A stretch of DNA of 64,000 nucleotides from Mytilus trossulus (lineage: Eukaryota). Shown piece by piece: positions 16,061 to 35,298 of this stretch. The stretch lies in assembly GCF_036588685.1 (NCBI RefSeq), contig NC_086378.1, forward strand, positions 33,914,001-33,978,000, in the 5' to 3' direction. How positions within the stretch are numbered: the first letter of the stretch is position 1; the number at the start of each line of letters is the position of its first letter. The notes below the pieces were generated by a model that saw only the letters and a program-made list of their open reading frames with translations, was not told the DNA's origin and made no database searches. A program made the translations under genes and the position numbers.

Positions 16061-16435
16061 ATGCCACCCAAAGTAGGAACTAAAGGAGCCAAGAAGGCCG
16101 TCACCAAGGCAAAGACTGCCAGACCCGGCGGTGATAAGAAAAGGAGGAGGAAGAGACGTGAATCCTATGCTATCTACATCTACAAAGTCTTGAGACAAGT
16201 TCACCCCGACACCGGAGTGTCCTCAAAGGCAATGTCCATCATGAACAGCTTCGTCAACGATATCTTCGAGAGAATCGCAGCAGAGGCTTCCCGATTGGCA
16301 CACTACAACAAAAGATCTACCATCACATCCCGGGAGATCCAGACCGCTGTCCGTCTTCTCTTACCCGGAGAATTGGCCAAGCACGCTGTCAGTGAAGGTA
16401 CCAAAGCCGTCACTAAATACACCAGCAGCAAGTAA
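16061..16435 (+). CDS. H2B: Histone H2B
   Basis: Identical 124-aa H2B. Confidence 0.99.
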   Translation: MPPKVGTKGAKKAVTKAKTARPGGDKKRRRKRRESYAIYIYKVLRQVHPDTGVSSKAMSIMNSFVNDIFERIAAEASRLAHYNKRSTITSREIQTAVRLLLPGELAKHAVSEGTKAVTKYTSSK

Positions 16436-17288
16436 ACAGTCTGAAGTTTATAACTTCACAAACGGCCCTTTTCAGGGCCACCAACATTTTTCAAAAAGAA
16501 TTTACATTTGTTGTACATCAATGTCAAACTTCTAAACAAAGCTATAAATCCCAACCCCAGCTATAACCACTTTCAAACTATTTCAATAGTATATGGTTAC
16601 TTTTCTCTTCTTTCTATCTGTATAACAAATATACGTGTATTTCACTCATTCTGTAGCATTTAATTTGTCTGTCAAAACTACAAAGCGTAAATACATAAAT
16701 CATGAAGAACAAAACAGTGCTTTCATTCCAATTAATAGAGTTGATAAATTTACGATTTCTTTTGCTTTTCGAGAGAAAAAAAATATTGCGAGAATTATTT
16801 TACACGGAAACAAGAACATTACCTAATCTTAAACCACGCAAAAAAAACCTCTATAATTGAATATAACAGAATCTACAGATTTTGTGTGTAAAAGTCCGTG
16901 CATTTTGTTTTGAAATTTTCTCTCTTCATGTAGGCAAATGCACGGACTTGATCTTTGAACGTATTCATAAACCTTCAGAAATATAAATTCTCAAATAAAT
17001 ACAAGAGTAAGAGTAAGGAAGTTAATTAAAAAGAAAGCCAGATATTTAAAAAAAAAAAGGGGGGGGGGGGGGGTATAACGAGAGAGAGAAAATAGTTGCG
17101 GATCAGGATCAGGGAAAACAAGAAAAACGGTTGAAAAATTCATGAACATTAGAGAAAAGAATAGAAGTGGGAGCAAGCTTTGATTTCAAGATTTTGTTTA
17201 AAACGATGTACAACAAATCTAAGATTCTTTTTGAAAAATGTTGGTGGCCCTGAAAAGGGGCCGTTGTTGATATTAGCTGGGTGGCTGT

Positions 17289-17606
<318 letters not shown>

Positions 17607-19330
17607 CTATTTGTGGTGATTAGTTAAATAATACTTTCCGTCTAACAGCGACTCTTTATATATCACCAACGCGGCCGTAAAAGAAGTATCACACATTTTC
17701 AGTTAACTGTTGTCTGATTGGCTTACGTTGTTTTATTCCGGGAGGTAACTCTGTACTGCCTTAAACTGTGTACACTTTCAATCCACTTTTTCATTCTAGG
17801 TCTGAAAAATATAATAATTCATATCAGACAGTAAATTTTTAGAAGAAAAAACTATTATTTCAATCGGAATAAAAATGACTGAAGGAGACAAAAAAAGTTC
17901 CAAAATGTTGAAAAGTTTTCATTTTAAGATAGAATAGTATGATAAATAAATGATAAATGAAAATCACTTTAGACAGTCAAAATTATAAAGATAATTATTT
18001 GCTTTCTCTGAACAGACATTTTCATTCAATGACAATACACATTTCAACTTAATGGAATGGAATTTAGTTGGGGAAAAAAATAAACCTCACAGACATATCT
18101 AGGAATACTGGTTATCTATTTGTCTATTTGATGTATCCAGAAATTGGATACATCACAGGATTTTACATGCTTGCAGTTTTCTACCTGTCTTTCATAACTC
18201 AACATCATCTGTCAAAGCTGTGCTTGCCATCCATCAACGATCTGCTGCAGGTACTTCAGATCATAAATGGGAGAATGTATGAATAAAACTGTTACTGTTA
18301 TTACTATTAAAGATTTTTTTTTCTAGGTATTACAGTGAAGAAAAGAGATGCCCCTGACTGCGGGTAAAACTTCTTATGTGTGCATCTTCCTTTCAATTTT
18401 ATTTTTAAACGCCATTCTATATTTATCCACAGTATGACGATGACAATTTCATCAGCCAATCCAATAAAATTGTTAATGCGCACACATGTACTTACTATTC
18501 TGAAGACTTCTTTTAGCCAGAAAAGTTTATAATAAGTCTGAAAACCACTTTTTAATCATATAAAAAAGCTTATAAGTGCAAGATATATGCTTACATGGAC
18601 TTCCTACATTGAAATTTTGTGGGGACTACTTGGACCCGTACCGAAATTATATTAATTTAAATAGAAATTTCATGATTTTGTTAACTAGCAGCAAGACAAG
18701 ACTCTAAAGTGGACAAAATATATTACTACATACATGATAAAAAAAATTCTTTACAATTCTGACTGAAAAAGAGCTCTAAATTTTTGATAAAAGTACCCTG
18801 TAATATCAGCTTTTCTAAAAGAAATATTCAAATTAATGAATTATACAAGATATTTAAACTCTAACTTAAAAAAAAAGGTTATATTTTGGCCAGTTGGTGG
18901 TTCTCTTTCTTTGGTCTAGACTACTGGTGTAAATAATACATCAAAAGAAGACAAGACAAAACAAGCGAAGAAAAGAAAAGAACAGAAGTACAGATAGAAA
19001 CATTTATATGTTGATCTTTTTTTATATAATGTACTATTTAATATTCTACACACAAGGACATACATGTACCATGATAAACAAACACCCCCCCTTTTTTTTT
19101 GTGATGAGACTTGTGTGTATATATATATCATAAAATTTATTTTTTGTCTATGTATTGCTTTGCATATAGATGGATTCAACAAGAAGAAATAAAAGAGAGA
19201 GAGAGAGATGGGGAAAAGAGGGGTTCGGCTATGTTTCTAATTTTCATGTACAACAATTTATAGATTCTTTTTGAAAAATATTGGTGGCCCTGAAAAGGGC
19301 CGTTATGTTTTGGTGAAAAAATCACACTTC

Positions 19331-19846
<516 letters not shown>

Positions 19847-21023
19847 TCACCACTTACATAAAGCTGGCGTTGATTGGTCCGCATATCTTAAATCTGATTG
19901 GACTGATTTGTAAGGGACTTTGACAGTTTTCAATCCATTTTTTACTGAAAAACTGCTCAACCCAAGCTGACAGTAAAAATGCCCCCTTTTTTCATTCATA
20001 ATTACAGTTTCTGATCATCCCTCATAGCTCAACAATAGTAAATTAGTGTCACGGTTTCAATATGATAAATCTGAAGAAGAAAAATAATAATAATGAAAAA
20101 AGGTCAAAATACATGCAGAAACATTAAGGAAAGGAACGAAAAATAAAAACAGGAAAAAATAAAAATAAAATGCAGTTATAACACAAACAAAGCGAAATAA
20201 AAATAAAAAAACAGAAACAAATGGAATTACACATTCCCGACATGACATTGTGCGGATCGGCTGAGTTTCTTTATTGTTGTATTATGTCATATTTATGTAT
20301 ATTTAATATAAAAAAAGAAGATGTGGTATGATTTTCATTTGGGCTGGGCACATTTGTCACATTGTCTGATTGTCGGTGTGCTTACATCAATTCCACATCT
20401 TTAATACACAAACAATAACTAAATAAAGACAGAAAGACAGAGAGAGAGATGCTGAAAAAAATGGAAAAAGGAAAAGAATGGAAAGTACATATCATATATA
20501 AAAGTGTTGACGAAAGAGATAATGTAACAAAAACTATAAATAATTATAATAATAAAAAAAAACCACACACCTTCTCAGATGAATCTAAGCATGCTCGCAT
20601 CAATAACCAAGAGAGAGAAAGAAGAGAGCAGACTAGTATTAAATATAAATACTATCAGTGGTTTTTTTTCCCCCCGACAAACATTATATGAAACTGAGCT
20701 ACTTGTGGGTTCAAAGAGTCAGAAAGTACGACAATAAATGTTCTGATGAAGAAGACTGAAAAAGTTACTAGACTTAGTGTTATGCTATAAGAACTGTACT
20801 TAAATGGGATGCGTTAGAGAGAGAAGAAAAGAAGAATCACGGAAGAAGGGACATTTATATTTTAGACATTTTTTATTTGTTATGTAGTAGAATATATTTT
20901 TTTCAATTATGTATGGGGAATAAAGTATTACTAAGATGTACAACAATTTTAGACTCTTTTTGAAAAATATTGGTGGCCCTGAAAAGGGCCGTTGTTAAGT
21001 GAGTAATCCGATATATCCACTTT

Positions 21024-21407
<384 letters not shown>

Positions 21408-21677
21408 CTATTTGGTTGATCGACACTGAGTAAAGTGATACAATTTTTCTTCAAAATTTAGCTTATATACCCACTAAACGGATTGAACGATGTTTTTATT
21501 ATACACCAATCAGAACGAAGCTCTCTGCGAGCAGTTAGGCTACCGAACATTCAACATGTTATGGGTGCTCTCTCCGAGGTTCGCGTTTAATAAAATCTTT
21601 CAATCCGTTTTGCCCAGTATATAAACAAATTGAAAATAATTTTTCACCATTACTTATTTGATTATCAAACCAGTAAC

Positions 21678-22053
21678 ATGCCACCCAAAGTAGGAACTAA
21701 AGGAGCCAAGAAGGCCGTCACCAAGGCAAAGACTGCCAGACCCGGCGGTGATAAGAAAAGGAGGAGGAGAGAGACGTGAATCCTATGCTATCTACATCTA
21801 CAAAGTCTTGAGACAAGTTCACCCCGACACCGGAGTGTCCTCAAAGGCAATGTCCATCATGAACAGCTTCGTCAACGATATCTTCGAGAGAATCGCAGCA
21901 GAGGCTTCCCGATTGGCACACTACAACAAAAGATCTACCATCACATCCCGGGAGATCCAGACCGCTGTCCGTCTTCTCTTACCCGGAGAATTGGCCAAGC
22001 ACGCTGTCAGTGAAGGTACCAAAGCCGTCACTAAATACACCAGCAGCAAGTAA
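21678..22053 (+). pseudogene. H2B: Histone H2B copy with +1 frameshift (possibly a sequencing error)
   Basis: 376 nt instead of 375; aggaggaagagacgt reads aggaggagagagacgt near 21768. Confidence 0.6.
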
Positions 22054-22905
22054 ACAGTCTGAAGTTTATAACTTCACAAACGGCCCTTTTCAGGGCCACC
22101 AACATTTTTCAAAAAGAATTTACATTTGTTGTACATCAATGTCAAACTTCTAAACAAAGCTATAAATCCCAACCCCAGCTATAACCACTTTCAAACTATT
22201 TCAATAGTATATGGTTACTTTTCTCTTCTTTCTATCTGTATAACAAATATACGTGTATTTCACTCATTCTGTAGCATTTAATTTGTCTGTCAAAACTACA
22301 AAGCGTAAATACATAAATCATGAAGAACAAAACAGTGCTTTCATTCCAATTAATAGAGTTGATAAATTTACGATTTCTTTTGCTTTTCGAGAGAAAAAAA
22401 ATATTGCGAGAATTATTTTACACGGAAACAAGAACATTACCTAATCTTAAACCACGCAAAAAAAACCTCTATAATTGAATATAACAGAATCTACAGATTT
22501 TGTGTGTAAAAGTCCGTGCATTTTGTTTTGAAATTTTCTCTCTTCATGTAGGCAAATGCACGGACTTGATCTTTGAACGTATTCATAAACCTTCAGAAAT
22601 ATAAATTCTCAAATAAATACAAGAGTAAGAGTAAGGAAGTTAATTAAAAAGAAAGCCAGATATTTAAAAAAAAAAAGGGGGGGGGGGGGGGTATAACGAG
22701 AGAGAGAAAATAGTTGCGGATCAGGATCAGGGAAAACAAGAAAAACGGTTGAAAAATTCATGAACATTAGAGAAAAGAATAGAAGTGGGAGCAAGCTTTG
22801 ATTTCAAGATTTTGTTTAAAACGATGTACAACAAATCTAAGATTCTTTTTGAAAAATGTTGGTGGCCCTGAAAAGGGCCGTTGTTGATATTAGCTGGGTG
22901 GCTGT

Positions 22906-23223
<318 letters not shown>

Positions 23224-24940
23224 CTATTTGTGGTGATTAGTTAAATAATACTTTCCGTCTAACAGCGACTCTTTATATATCACCAACGCGGCCGTAAAAG
23301 AAGTATCACACATTTTCAGTTAACTGTTGTCTGATTGGCTTACGTTGTTTTATTCCGGGAGGTAACTCTGTACTGCCTTAAACTGTGTACACTTTCAATC
23401 CACTTTTTCATTCTAGGTCTGAAAAATATAATAATTCATATCAGACAGTAAATTTTTAAGAAAAAACTATTATTTCAATCGGAATAAAAATGACTGAAGG
23501 AGACAAAAAAAGTTCCAAAATGTTGAAAAGTTTTCATTTTAAGATAGAATAGTATGATAAATAAATGATAAATGAAAATCACTTTAGACAGTCAAAATTA
23601 TAAAGATAATTATTTGCTTTCTCTGAACAGACATTTTCATTCAATGACAATACACATTTCAACTTAATGGAATGGAATTTAGTTGGGGAAAAAATAAACC
23701 TCACAGACATATCTAGGAATACTGGTTATCTATTTGTCTATTTGATGTATCCAGAAATTGGATACATCACAGGATTTTACATGCTTGCAGTTTTCTACCT
23801 GTCTTTCATAACTCAACATCATCTGTCAAAGCTGTGCTTGCCATCCATCAACGATCTGCTGCAGGTACTTCAGATCATAAATGGGAGAATGTATGAATAA
23901 AACTGTTACTGTTATTACTATTAAAGATTTTTTTTTCTAGGTATTACAGTGAAGAAAAGAGATGCCCCTGACTGCGGGTAAAACTTCTTATGTGTGCATC
24001 TTCCTTTCAATTTTATTTTTAAACGCCATTCTATATTTATCCACAGTATGACGATGACAATTTCATCAGCCAATCCAATAAAAATGTTAATGCGCACACA
24101 TGTACTTACTATTCTGAAGACTTCTTTTAGCCAGAAAAGTTTATAATAAGTCTGAAAACCACTTTTTATCATATAAAAAAGCTTATAAGTGCAAGATATA
24201 TGCTTACATGGACTTCCTACATTGAAATTTTGTGGGGACTACTTGGACCCGTACCGAAATTATATTAATTTAAATAGAAATTTCATGATTTTGTTAACTA
24301 GCAGCAAGACAAGACTCTAAAGTGGACAAAATATATTACTACATACATGATAAAAAAATTCTTTACAATTCTGACTGAAAAAGAGCTCTAAATTTTTGAT
24401 AAAAGTACCCTGTAATATCAGCTTTTCTAAAAGAAATATTCAAATTAATGAATTATACAAGATATTTAAACTCTAACTTAAAAAAAAAGGTTATATTTTG
24501 GCCAGTTGGTGGTTCTCTTTCTTTGGTCTAGACTACTGGTGTAAATAATACATCAAAAGAAGACAAGACAAAACAAGCGAAGAAAAGAAAAGAACAGAAG
24601 TACAGATAGAAACATTTATATGTTGATCTTTTTTTATATAATGTACTATTTAATATTCTACACACAAGGACATACATGTACCATGATAAACAAACACCCC
24701 CCTTTTTTTTGTGATGAGACTTGTGTGTATATATATATCATAAAATTTATTTTTTGTCTATGTATTGCTTTGCATATAGATGGATTCAACAAGAAGAAAT
24801 AAAAGAGAGAGAGAGAGATGGGGAAAAGAGGGGTTCGGCTATGTTTCTAATTTTCATGTACAACAATTTATAGATTCTTTTTGAAAAATATTGGTGGCCC
24901 TGAAAAGGGCCGTTATGTTTTGGTGAAAAAATCACACTTC

Positions 24941-25456
<516 letters not shown>

Positions 25457-26637
25457 TCACCACTTACATAAAGCTGGCGTTGATTGGTCCGCATATCTTA
25501 AATCTGATTGGACTGATTTGTAAGGGACTTTGACAGTTTTCAATCCATTTTTTACTGAAAAACTGCTCAACCCAAGCTGACAGTAAAAATGCCCCCTTTT
25601 TTCATTCATAATTACAGTTTCTGATCATCCCTCATAGCTCAACAATAGTAAATTAGTGTCACGGTTTCAATATGATAAATCTGAAGAAGAAAAATAATAA
25701 TAATGAAAAAAGGTCAAAATACATGCAGAAACATTAAGGAAAGGAACGAAAAATAAAAACAGGAAAAAATAAAAATAAAATGCAGTTATAACACAAACAA
25801 AGCGAAATAAAAATAAAAAAACAGAAACAAATGGAATTACACATTCCCGACATGACATTGTGCGGATCGGCTGAGTTTCTTTATTGTTGTATTATGTCAT
25901 ATTTATGTATATTTAATATAAAAAAAGAAGATGTGGTATGATTTTCATTTGGGCTGGGCACATTTGTCACATTGTCTGATTGTCGGTGTGCTTACATCAA
26001 TTCCACATCTTTAATACACAAACAATAACTAAATAAAGACAGAAAGACAGAGAGAGAGATGCTGAAAAAAATGGAAAAAGGAAAAGAATGGAAAGTACAT
26101 ATCATATATAAAAGTGTTGACGAAAGAGATAATGTTAACAAAAACTATAAATAATTATAATAATAAAAAAAAACCACACACCTTCTCAGATGAATCTAAG
26201 CATGCTCGCATCAATAACCAAGAGAGAGAAAGAAGAGAGCAGACTAGTATTAAATATAAATACTATCAGTGGTTTTTTTTCCCCCCGACAAACATTATAT
26301 GATTTAACTGAGCTACTTGTGGGTTCAAAGAGTCAGAAAGTACGACAATAAATGTTCTGATGAAGAAGACTGAAAAAGTTACTAGACTTAGTGTTATGCT
26401 ATAAGAACTGTACTTAAATGGGATGCGTTAGAGAGAGAAGAAAAGAAGAATCACGGAAGAAGGGACATTTATATTTTAGACATTTTTTATTTGTTATGTA
26501 GTAGAATATATTTTTTTCAATTATGTATGGGGAATAAAGTATTACTAAGATGTACAACAATTTTAGACTCTTTTTGAAAAATATTGGTGGCCCTGAAAAG
26601 GGCCGTTGTTAAGTGAGTAATCCGATATATCCACTTT

Positions 26638-27021
<384 letters not shown>

Positions 27022-27291
27022 CTATTTGGTTGATCGACACTGAGTAAAGTGATACAATTTTTCTTCAAAATTTAGCTTATATACCCACTAAACGGATTGA
27101 ACGATGTTTTTATTATACACCAATCAGAACGAAGCTCTCTGCGAGCAGTTAGGCTACCGAACATTCAACATGTTATGGGTGCTCTCTCCGAGGTTCGCGT
27201 TTAATAAAATCTTTCAATCCGTTTTGCCCAGTATATAAACAAATTGAAAATAATTTTTCACCATTACTTATTTGATTATCAAACCAGTAAC

Positions 27292-27666
27292 ATGCCACCC
27301 AAAGTAGGAACTAAAGGAGCCAAGAAGGCCGTCACCAAGGCAAAGACTGCCAGACCCGGCGGTGATAAGAAAAGGAGGAGGAAGAGACGTGAATCCTATG
27401 CTATCTACATCTACAAAGTCTTGAGACAAGTTCACCCCGACACCGGAGTGTCCTCAAAGGCAATGTCCATCATGAACAGCTTCGTCAACGATATCTTCGA
27501 GAGAATCGCAGCAGAGGCTTCCCGATTGGCACACTACAACAAAAGATCTACCATCACATCCCGGGAGATCCAGACCGCTGTCCGTCTTCTCTTACCCGGA
27601 GAATTGGCCAAGCACGCTGTCAGTGAAGGTACCAAAGCCGTCACTAAATACACCAGCAGCAAGTAA
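27292..27666 (+). CDS. H2B: Histone H2B
   Basis: Identical 124-aa H2B. Confidence 0.99.
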   Translation: MPPKVGTKGAKKAVTKAKTARPGGDKKRRRKRRESYAIYIYKVLRQVHPDTGVSSKAMSIMNSFVNDIFERIAAEASRLAHYNKRSTITSREIQTAVRLLLPGELAKHAVSEGTKAVTKYTSSK

Positions 27667-28518
27667 ACAGTCTGAAGTTTATAACTTCACAAACGGCCCT
27701 TTTCAGGGCCACCAACATTTTTCAAAAAGAATTTACATTTGTTGTACATCAATGTCAAACTTCTAAACAAAGCTATAAATCCCAACCCCAGCTATAACCA
27801 CTTTCAAACTATTTCAATAGTATATGGTTACTTTTCTCTTCTTTCTATCTGTATAACAAATATACGTGTATTTCACTCATTCTGTAGCATTTAATTTGTC
27901 TGTCAAAACTACAAAGCGTAAATACATAAATCATGAAGAACAAAACAGTGCTTTCATTCCAATTAATAGAGTTGATAAATTTACGATTTCTTTTGCTTTT
28001 CGAGAGAAAAAAAATATTGCGAGAATTATTTTACACGGAAACAAGAACATTACCTAATCTTAAACCACGCAAAAAAAACCTCTATAATTGAATATAACAG
28101 AATCTACAGATTTTGTGTGTAAAAGTCCGTGCATTTTGTTTTGAAATTTTCTCTCTTCATGTAGGCAAATGCACGGACTTGATCTTTGAACGTATTCATA
28201 AACCTTCAGAAATATAAATTCTCAAATAAATACAAGAGTAAGAGTAAGGAAGTTAATTAAAAAGAAAGCCAGATATTTAAAAAAAAAAAGGGGGGGGGGG
28301 GGGGTATAACGAGAGAGAGAAAATAGTTGCGGATCAGGATCAGGGAAAACAAGAAAAACGGTTGAAAAATTCATGAACATTAGAGAAAAGAATAGAAGTG
28401 GGAGCAAGCTTTGATTTCAAGATTTTGTTTAAAACGATGTACAACAAATCTAAGATTCTTTTTGAAAAATGTTGGTGGCCCTGAAAAGGGCCGTTGTTGA
28501 TATTAGCTGGGTGGCTGT

Positions 28519-28836
<318 letters not shown>

Positions 28837-30157
28837 CTATTTGTGGTGATTAGTTAAATAATACTTTCCGTCTAACAGCGACTCTTTATATATCACCAAC
28901 GCGGCCGTAAAAGAAGTATCACACATTTTCAGTTAACTGTTGTCTGATTGGCTTACGTTGTTTTATTCCGGGAGGTAACTCTGTACTGCCTTAAACTGTG
29001 TACACTTTCAATCCACTTTTTCATTCTAGGTCTGAAAAATATAATAATTCATATCAGACAGTAAATTTTTAAGAAAAAACTATTATTTCAATCGGAATAA
29101 AAAATGACTGAAGGAGACAAAAAAAGTTCCAAAATGTTGAAAAGTTTTCATTTTAAGATAGAATAGTATGATAAATAAATGATAAATGAAAATCACTTTA
29201 GACAGTCAAAATTATAAAGATAATTATTTGCTTTCTCTGAACAGACATTTTCATTCAATGACAATACACATTTCAACTTAATGGAATGGAATTTAGTTGG
29301 GGAAAAAATAAACCTCACAGACATATCTAGGAATACTGGTTATCTATTTGTCTATTTGATGTATCCAGAAATTGGATACATCACAGGATTTTACATGCTT
29401 GCAGTTTTCTACCTGTCTTTCATAACTCAACATCATCTGTCAAAGCTGTGCTTGCCATCCATCAACGATCTGCTGCAGGTACTTCAGATCATAAATGGGA
29501 GAATGTATGAATAAAACTGTTACTGTTATTACTATTAAAGATTTTTTTTTCTAGGTATTACAGTGAAGAAAAGAGATGCCCCTGACTGCGGGTAAAACTT
29601 CTTATGTGTGCATCTTCCTTTCAATTTTATTTTTAAAACGCCATTCTATATTTATCCACAGTATGACGATGACAATTTCATCAGCCAATCCAATAAAAAT
29701 GTTAATGCGCACACATGTACTTACTATTCTGAAGACTTCTTTTAGCCAGAAAAGTTTATAATAAGTCTGAAAACCACTTTTTATCATATAAAAAAGCTTA
29801 TAAGTGCAAGATATATGCTTACATGGACTTCCTACATTGAAATTTTGTGGGGACTACTTGGACCCGTACCGAAATTATATTAATTTAAATAGAAATTTCA
29901 TGATTTTGTTAACTAGCAGCAAGACAAGACTCTAAAGTGGACAAAATATATTACTACATACATGATAAAAAAATTCTTTACAATTCTGACTGAAAAAGAG
30001 CTCTAAATTTTTGATAAAAGTACCCTGTAATATCAGCTTTTCTAAAAGAAATATTCAAATTAATGAATTATACAAGATATTTAAACTCTAACTTAAAAAA
30101 AAAGGTTATATTTTGGCCAGTTGGTGGTTCTCTTTCTTTGGTCTAGACTACTGGTGT

Positions 30158-30257
30158 NNNNNNNNNNNNNNNNNNNNNNNNNNNNNNNNNNNNNNNNNNN
30201 NNNNNNNNNNNNNNNNNNNNNNNNNNNNNNNNNNNNNNNNNNNNNNNNNNNNNNNNN
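30158..30257. other. Assembly gap (100 N) at the array inversion point
   Basis: Run of N; orientation flips across it. Confidence 0.99.
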
Positions 30258-31401
30258 TTGTAAAGAAGTTTTTTATCATGTATGTAGTAATATATTTTGT
30301 CCACTTAGAGTCTTGTCTTGCTGCTAGTTAACAAAATCATGAAATTTCTATTTAAATTAATATAATTTCGGTACGGGTCCAAGTAGTCCCCACAAAATTT
30401 CAATGTAGGAAGTCCATGTAAGCATATATCTTGCACTTATAAGCTTTTTTATATGATATAAAGTGGTTTCAGACTTATTATAAACTTTTCTGGCTAAAAG
30501 AAGTCTTCAGAATAGTAAGTACATGTGTGCGCATTAACATTTTTATTGGATTGGCTGATGAAATTGTCATCGTCATACTGTGGATAAATATAGAATAGGC
30601 GTTTAAAAATAAAATTGAAAGGAAGATGCACACATAAGAAGTTTTACCCGCAGTCAGGGGCATCTCTTTTCTTCACTGTAATACCTAGAAAAAAAAATCT
30701 TTAATAGTAATAACAGTAACAGTTTTATTCATACATTCTCCCATTTATGATCTGAAGTACCTGCAGCAGATCGTTGATGGATGGCAAGCACAGCTTTGAC
30801 AGATGATGTTGAGTTATGAAAGACAGGTAGAAAACTGCAAGCATGTAAAATCCTGTGATGTATCCAATTTCTGGATACATCAAATAGACAAATAGATAAC
30901 CAGTATTCCTAGATATGTCTGTGAGGTTTATTTTTTCCCCAACTAAATTCCATTCCATTAAGTTGAAATGTGTATTGTCATTGAATGAAAATGTCTGTTC
31001 AGAGAAAGCAAATAATTATCTTTATAATTTTGACTGTCTAAAGTGATTTTCATTTATCATTTATTTATCATACTATTCTATCTTAAAATGAAAACTTTTC
31101 AACATTTTGGAACTTTTTTTGTCTCCTTCAGTCATTTTTATTCCGATTGAAATAATAGTTTTTTCTTAAAAATTTACTGTCTGATATGAATTATTATATT
31201 TTTCAGACCTAGAATGAAAAAGTGGATTGAAAGTGTACACAGTTTAAGGCAGTACAGAGTTACCTCCCGGAATAAAACAACGTAAGCCAATCAGACAACA
31301 GTTAACTGAAAATGTGTGATACTTCTTTTACGGCCGCGTTGGTGATATATAAAGAGTCGCTGTTAGACGGAAAGTATTATTTAACTAATCACCACAAATA
31401 G

Positions 31402-31717
<316 letters not shown>

Positions 31718-32567
31718 ACAGCCACCCAGCTAATATCAACAACGGCCCTTTTCAGGGCCACCAACATTTTTCAAAAAGAATCTTAGATTTGTTGTACATC
31801 GTTTTAAACAAAATCTTGAAATCAAAGCTTGCTCCCACTTCTATTCTTTTCTCTAATGTTCATGAATTTTTCAACCGTTTTTCTTGTTTTCCCTGATCCT
31901 GATCCGCAACTATTTTCTCTCTCTCGTTATACCCCCCCCCCCCCCCTTTTTTTTTTAAATATCTGGCTTTCTTTTTAATTAACTTCCTTACTCTTACTCT
32001 TGTATTTATTTGAGAATTTATATTTCTGAAGGTTTATGAATACGTTCAAAGATCAAGTCCGTGCATTTGCCTACATGAAGAGAGAAAATTTCAAAACAAA
32101 ATGCACGGACTTTTACACACAAAATCTGTAGATTCTGTTATATTCAATTATAGAGGTTTTTTTTGCGTGGTTTAAGATTAGGTAATGTTCTTGTTTCCGT
32201 GTAAATAATTCTCGCAATATTTTTTTTCTCTCGAAAAGCAAAAGAAATCGTAAATTTATCAACTCTATTAATTGGAATGAAAGCACTGTTTTGTTCTTCA
32301 TGATTTATGTATTTACGCTTTGTAGTTTTGACAGACAAATTAAATGCTACAGAATGAGTGAAATACACGTATATTTGTTATACAGATAGAAAGAAGAGAA
32401 AAGTAACCATATACTATTGAAATAGTTTGAAAGTGGTTATAGCTGGGGTTGGGATTTATAGCTTTGTTTAGAAGTTTGACATTGATGTACAACAAATGTA
32501 AATTCTTTTTGAAAAATGTTGGTGGCCCTGAAAAGGGCCGTTTGTGAAGTTATAAACTTCAGACTGT

Positions 32568-32940
32568 TTACTTGCTGCTGGTGTATTAGTGACGGCTTTG
32601 GTACCTTCACTGACAGCGTGCTTGGCCAATTCTCCGGGTAAGAGAAGACGGACAGCGGTCTGGATCTCCCGGGATGTGATGGTAGATCTTTTGTTGTAGT
32701 GTGCCAATCGGGAAGCCTCTGCTGCGATTCTCTCGAAGATATCGTTGACGAAGCTGTTCATGATGGACATTGCCTTTGAGGACACTCCGGTGTCGGGGTG
32801 AACTTGTCTCAAGACTTTGTAGATGTAGATAGCATAGGATTCACGTCTCTTCCTCCTCCTTTTCTTATCACCGCCGGTCTGGCAGTCTTTGCCTTGGTGA
32901 CGGCCTTCTTGGCTCCTTTAGTTCCTACTTTGGGTGGCAT
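32568..32940 (-). pseudogene. H2B: Histone H2B copy with two 1-nt deletions (probably assembly errors)
   Basis: 373 nt versus 375; otherwise matches H2B. Confidence 0.55.
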
Positions 32941-33161
32941 GTTACTGGTTTGTATAATCAAGTAAGTAATGGTGAAAAATTATTTTCAATTTGTTTATAT
33001 ACTGGGCAAAACGGATTGAAAGATTTTATTAAACGCGAACCTCGGAGAGAGCACCCATAACATGTTGAATGTTCGGTAGCCTAACTGCTCGCAGAGAGCT
33101 TCGTTCTGATGGTGTATAATAAAAACATCGTTCAAATCCGTTTAGTGGGTATATAAGCTAA

Positions 33162-33620
<459 letters not shown>

Positions 33621-34731
33621 TAACAACGGCCCTTTTCAGGGCCACCAATATTTTTCAAAAAGAGTCTAAAATTGTTGTACATCTTAGTAATACTTTATTC
33701 CCCATACATAATTGAAAAAATATATCTACTACATAACAAATAAAAAATGTCTAAAATATAAATGTCCCTTCTTCCGTGATTCTTCTTTTCTTCTCTCTCT
33801 AACGCATCCCATTTAAGTACAGTTCTTATAGCATAACACTAAGTCTAGTAACTTTTTCAGTCTTCTTCATCAGAACATTTATTGTCGTACTTTCTGACTC
33901 TTTGAACCCACAAGTAGCTCAGTTAAATCATATAATGTTTGTCGGGGGAAAAAAAAACCACTGATAGTATTTATATTTAATACTAGTCTGCTCTCTTCTT
34001 TCTCTCTCTTGGTTATTGATGCGAGCATGCTTAGATTCATCTGAGAAGGTGTGTGGTTTTTTTTTATTATTATAATTATTTATAGTTTTTGTTAACATTA
34101 TCTCTTTCGTCAACACTTTTATATATGATATGTACTTTCCATTCTTTTCCTTTTTCCATTTTTTTCAGCATCTCTCTCTCTGTCTTTCTGTCTTTATTTA
34201 GTTATTGTTTGTGTATTAAAGATGTGGAATTGATGTAAGCACACCGACAATCAGACAATGTGACAAATGTGCCCAGCCCAAATGAAAATCATACCACATC
34301 TTCTTTTTTATATTAAATATACATAAATATGACATAATACAACAATAAAGAAACTCAGCCGATCCGCACAATGTCATGTCGGGAATGTGTAATTCCATTT
34401 GTTTCTGTTTTTTTATTTTATTTCGCTTTGTTTGTGTTATAACTGCATTTTATTTTATTTTTTCCTGTTTTTATTTTTCGTTCCTTTCCTTAATGTTTCT
34501 GCATGTATTTTGACCTTTTTTCATTATTATTATTTTTCTTCTTCAGATTTATCATATTGAAAACCGTGACACTAATTTACTATTGTTGAGCTATGAGGGA
34601 TGATCAGAAACTGTAATTATGAATGAAAAAAGGGGGCATTTTTACTGTCAGCTTGGGTTGAGCAGTTTTTTCAGTAAAAAATGGATTGAAAACTGTCAAA
34701 GTCCCTTACAAATCAGTCCAATCAGATTTAA

Positions 34732-35298
<567 letters not shown>

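Noticed and set aside
17246-17262. Altered H4 stem-loop with an extra base
   Set aside because: Single homopolymer-length change in a unit with other scattered indels; probably an error.
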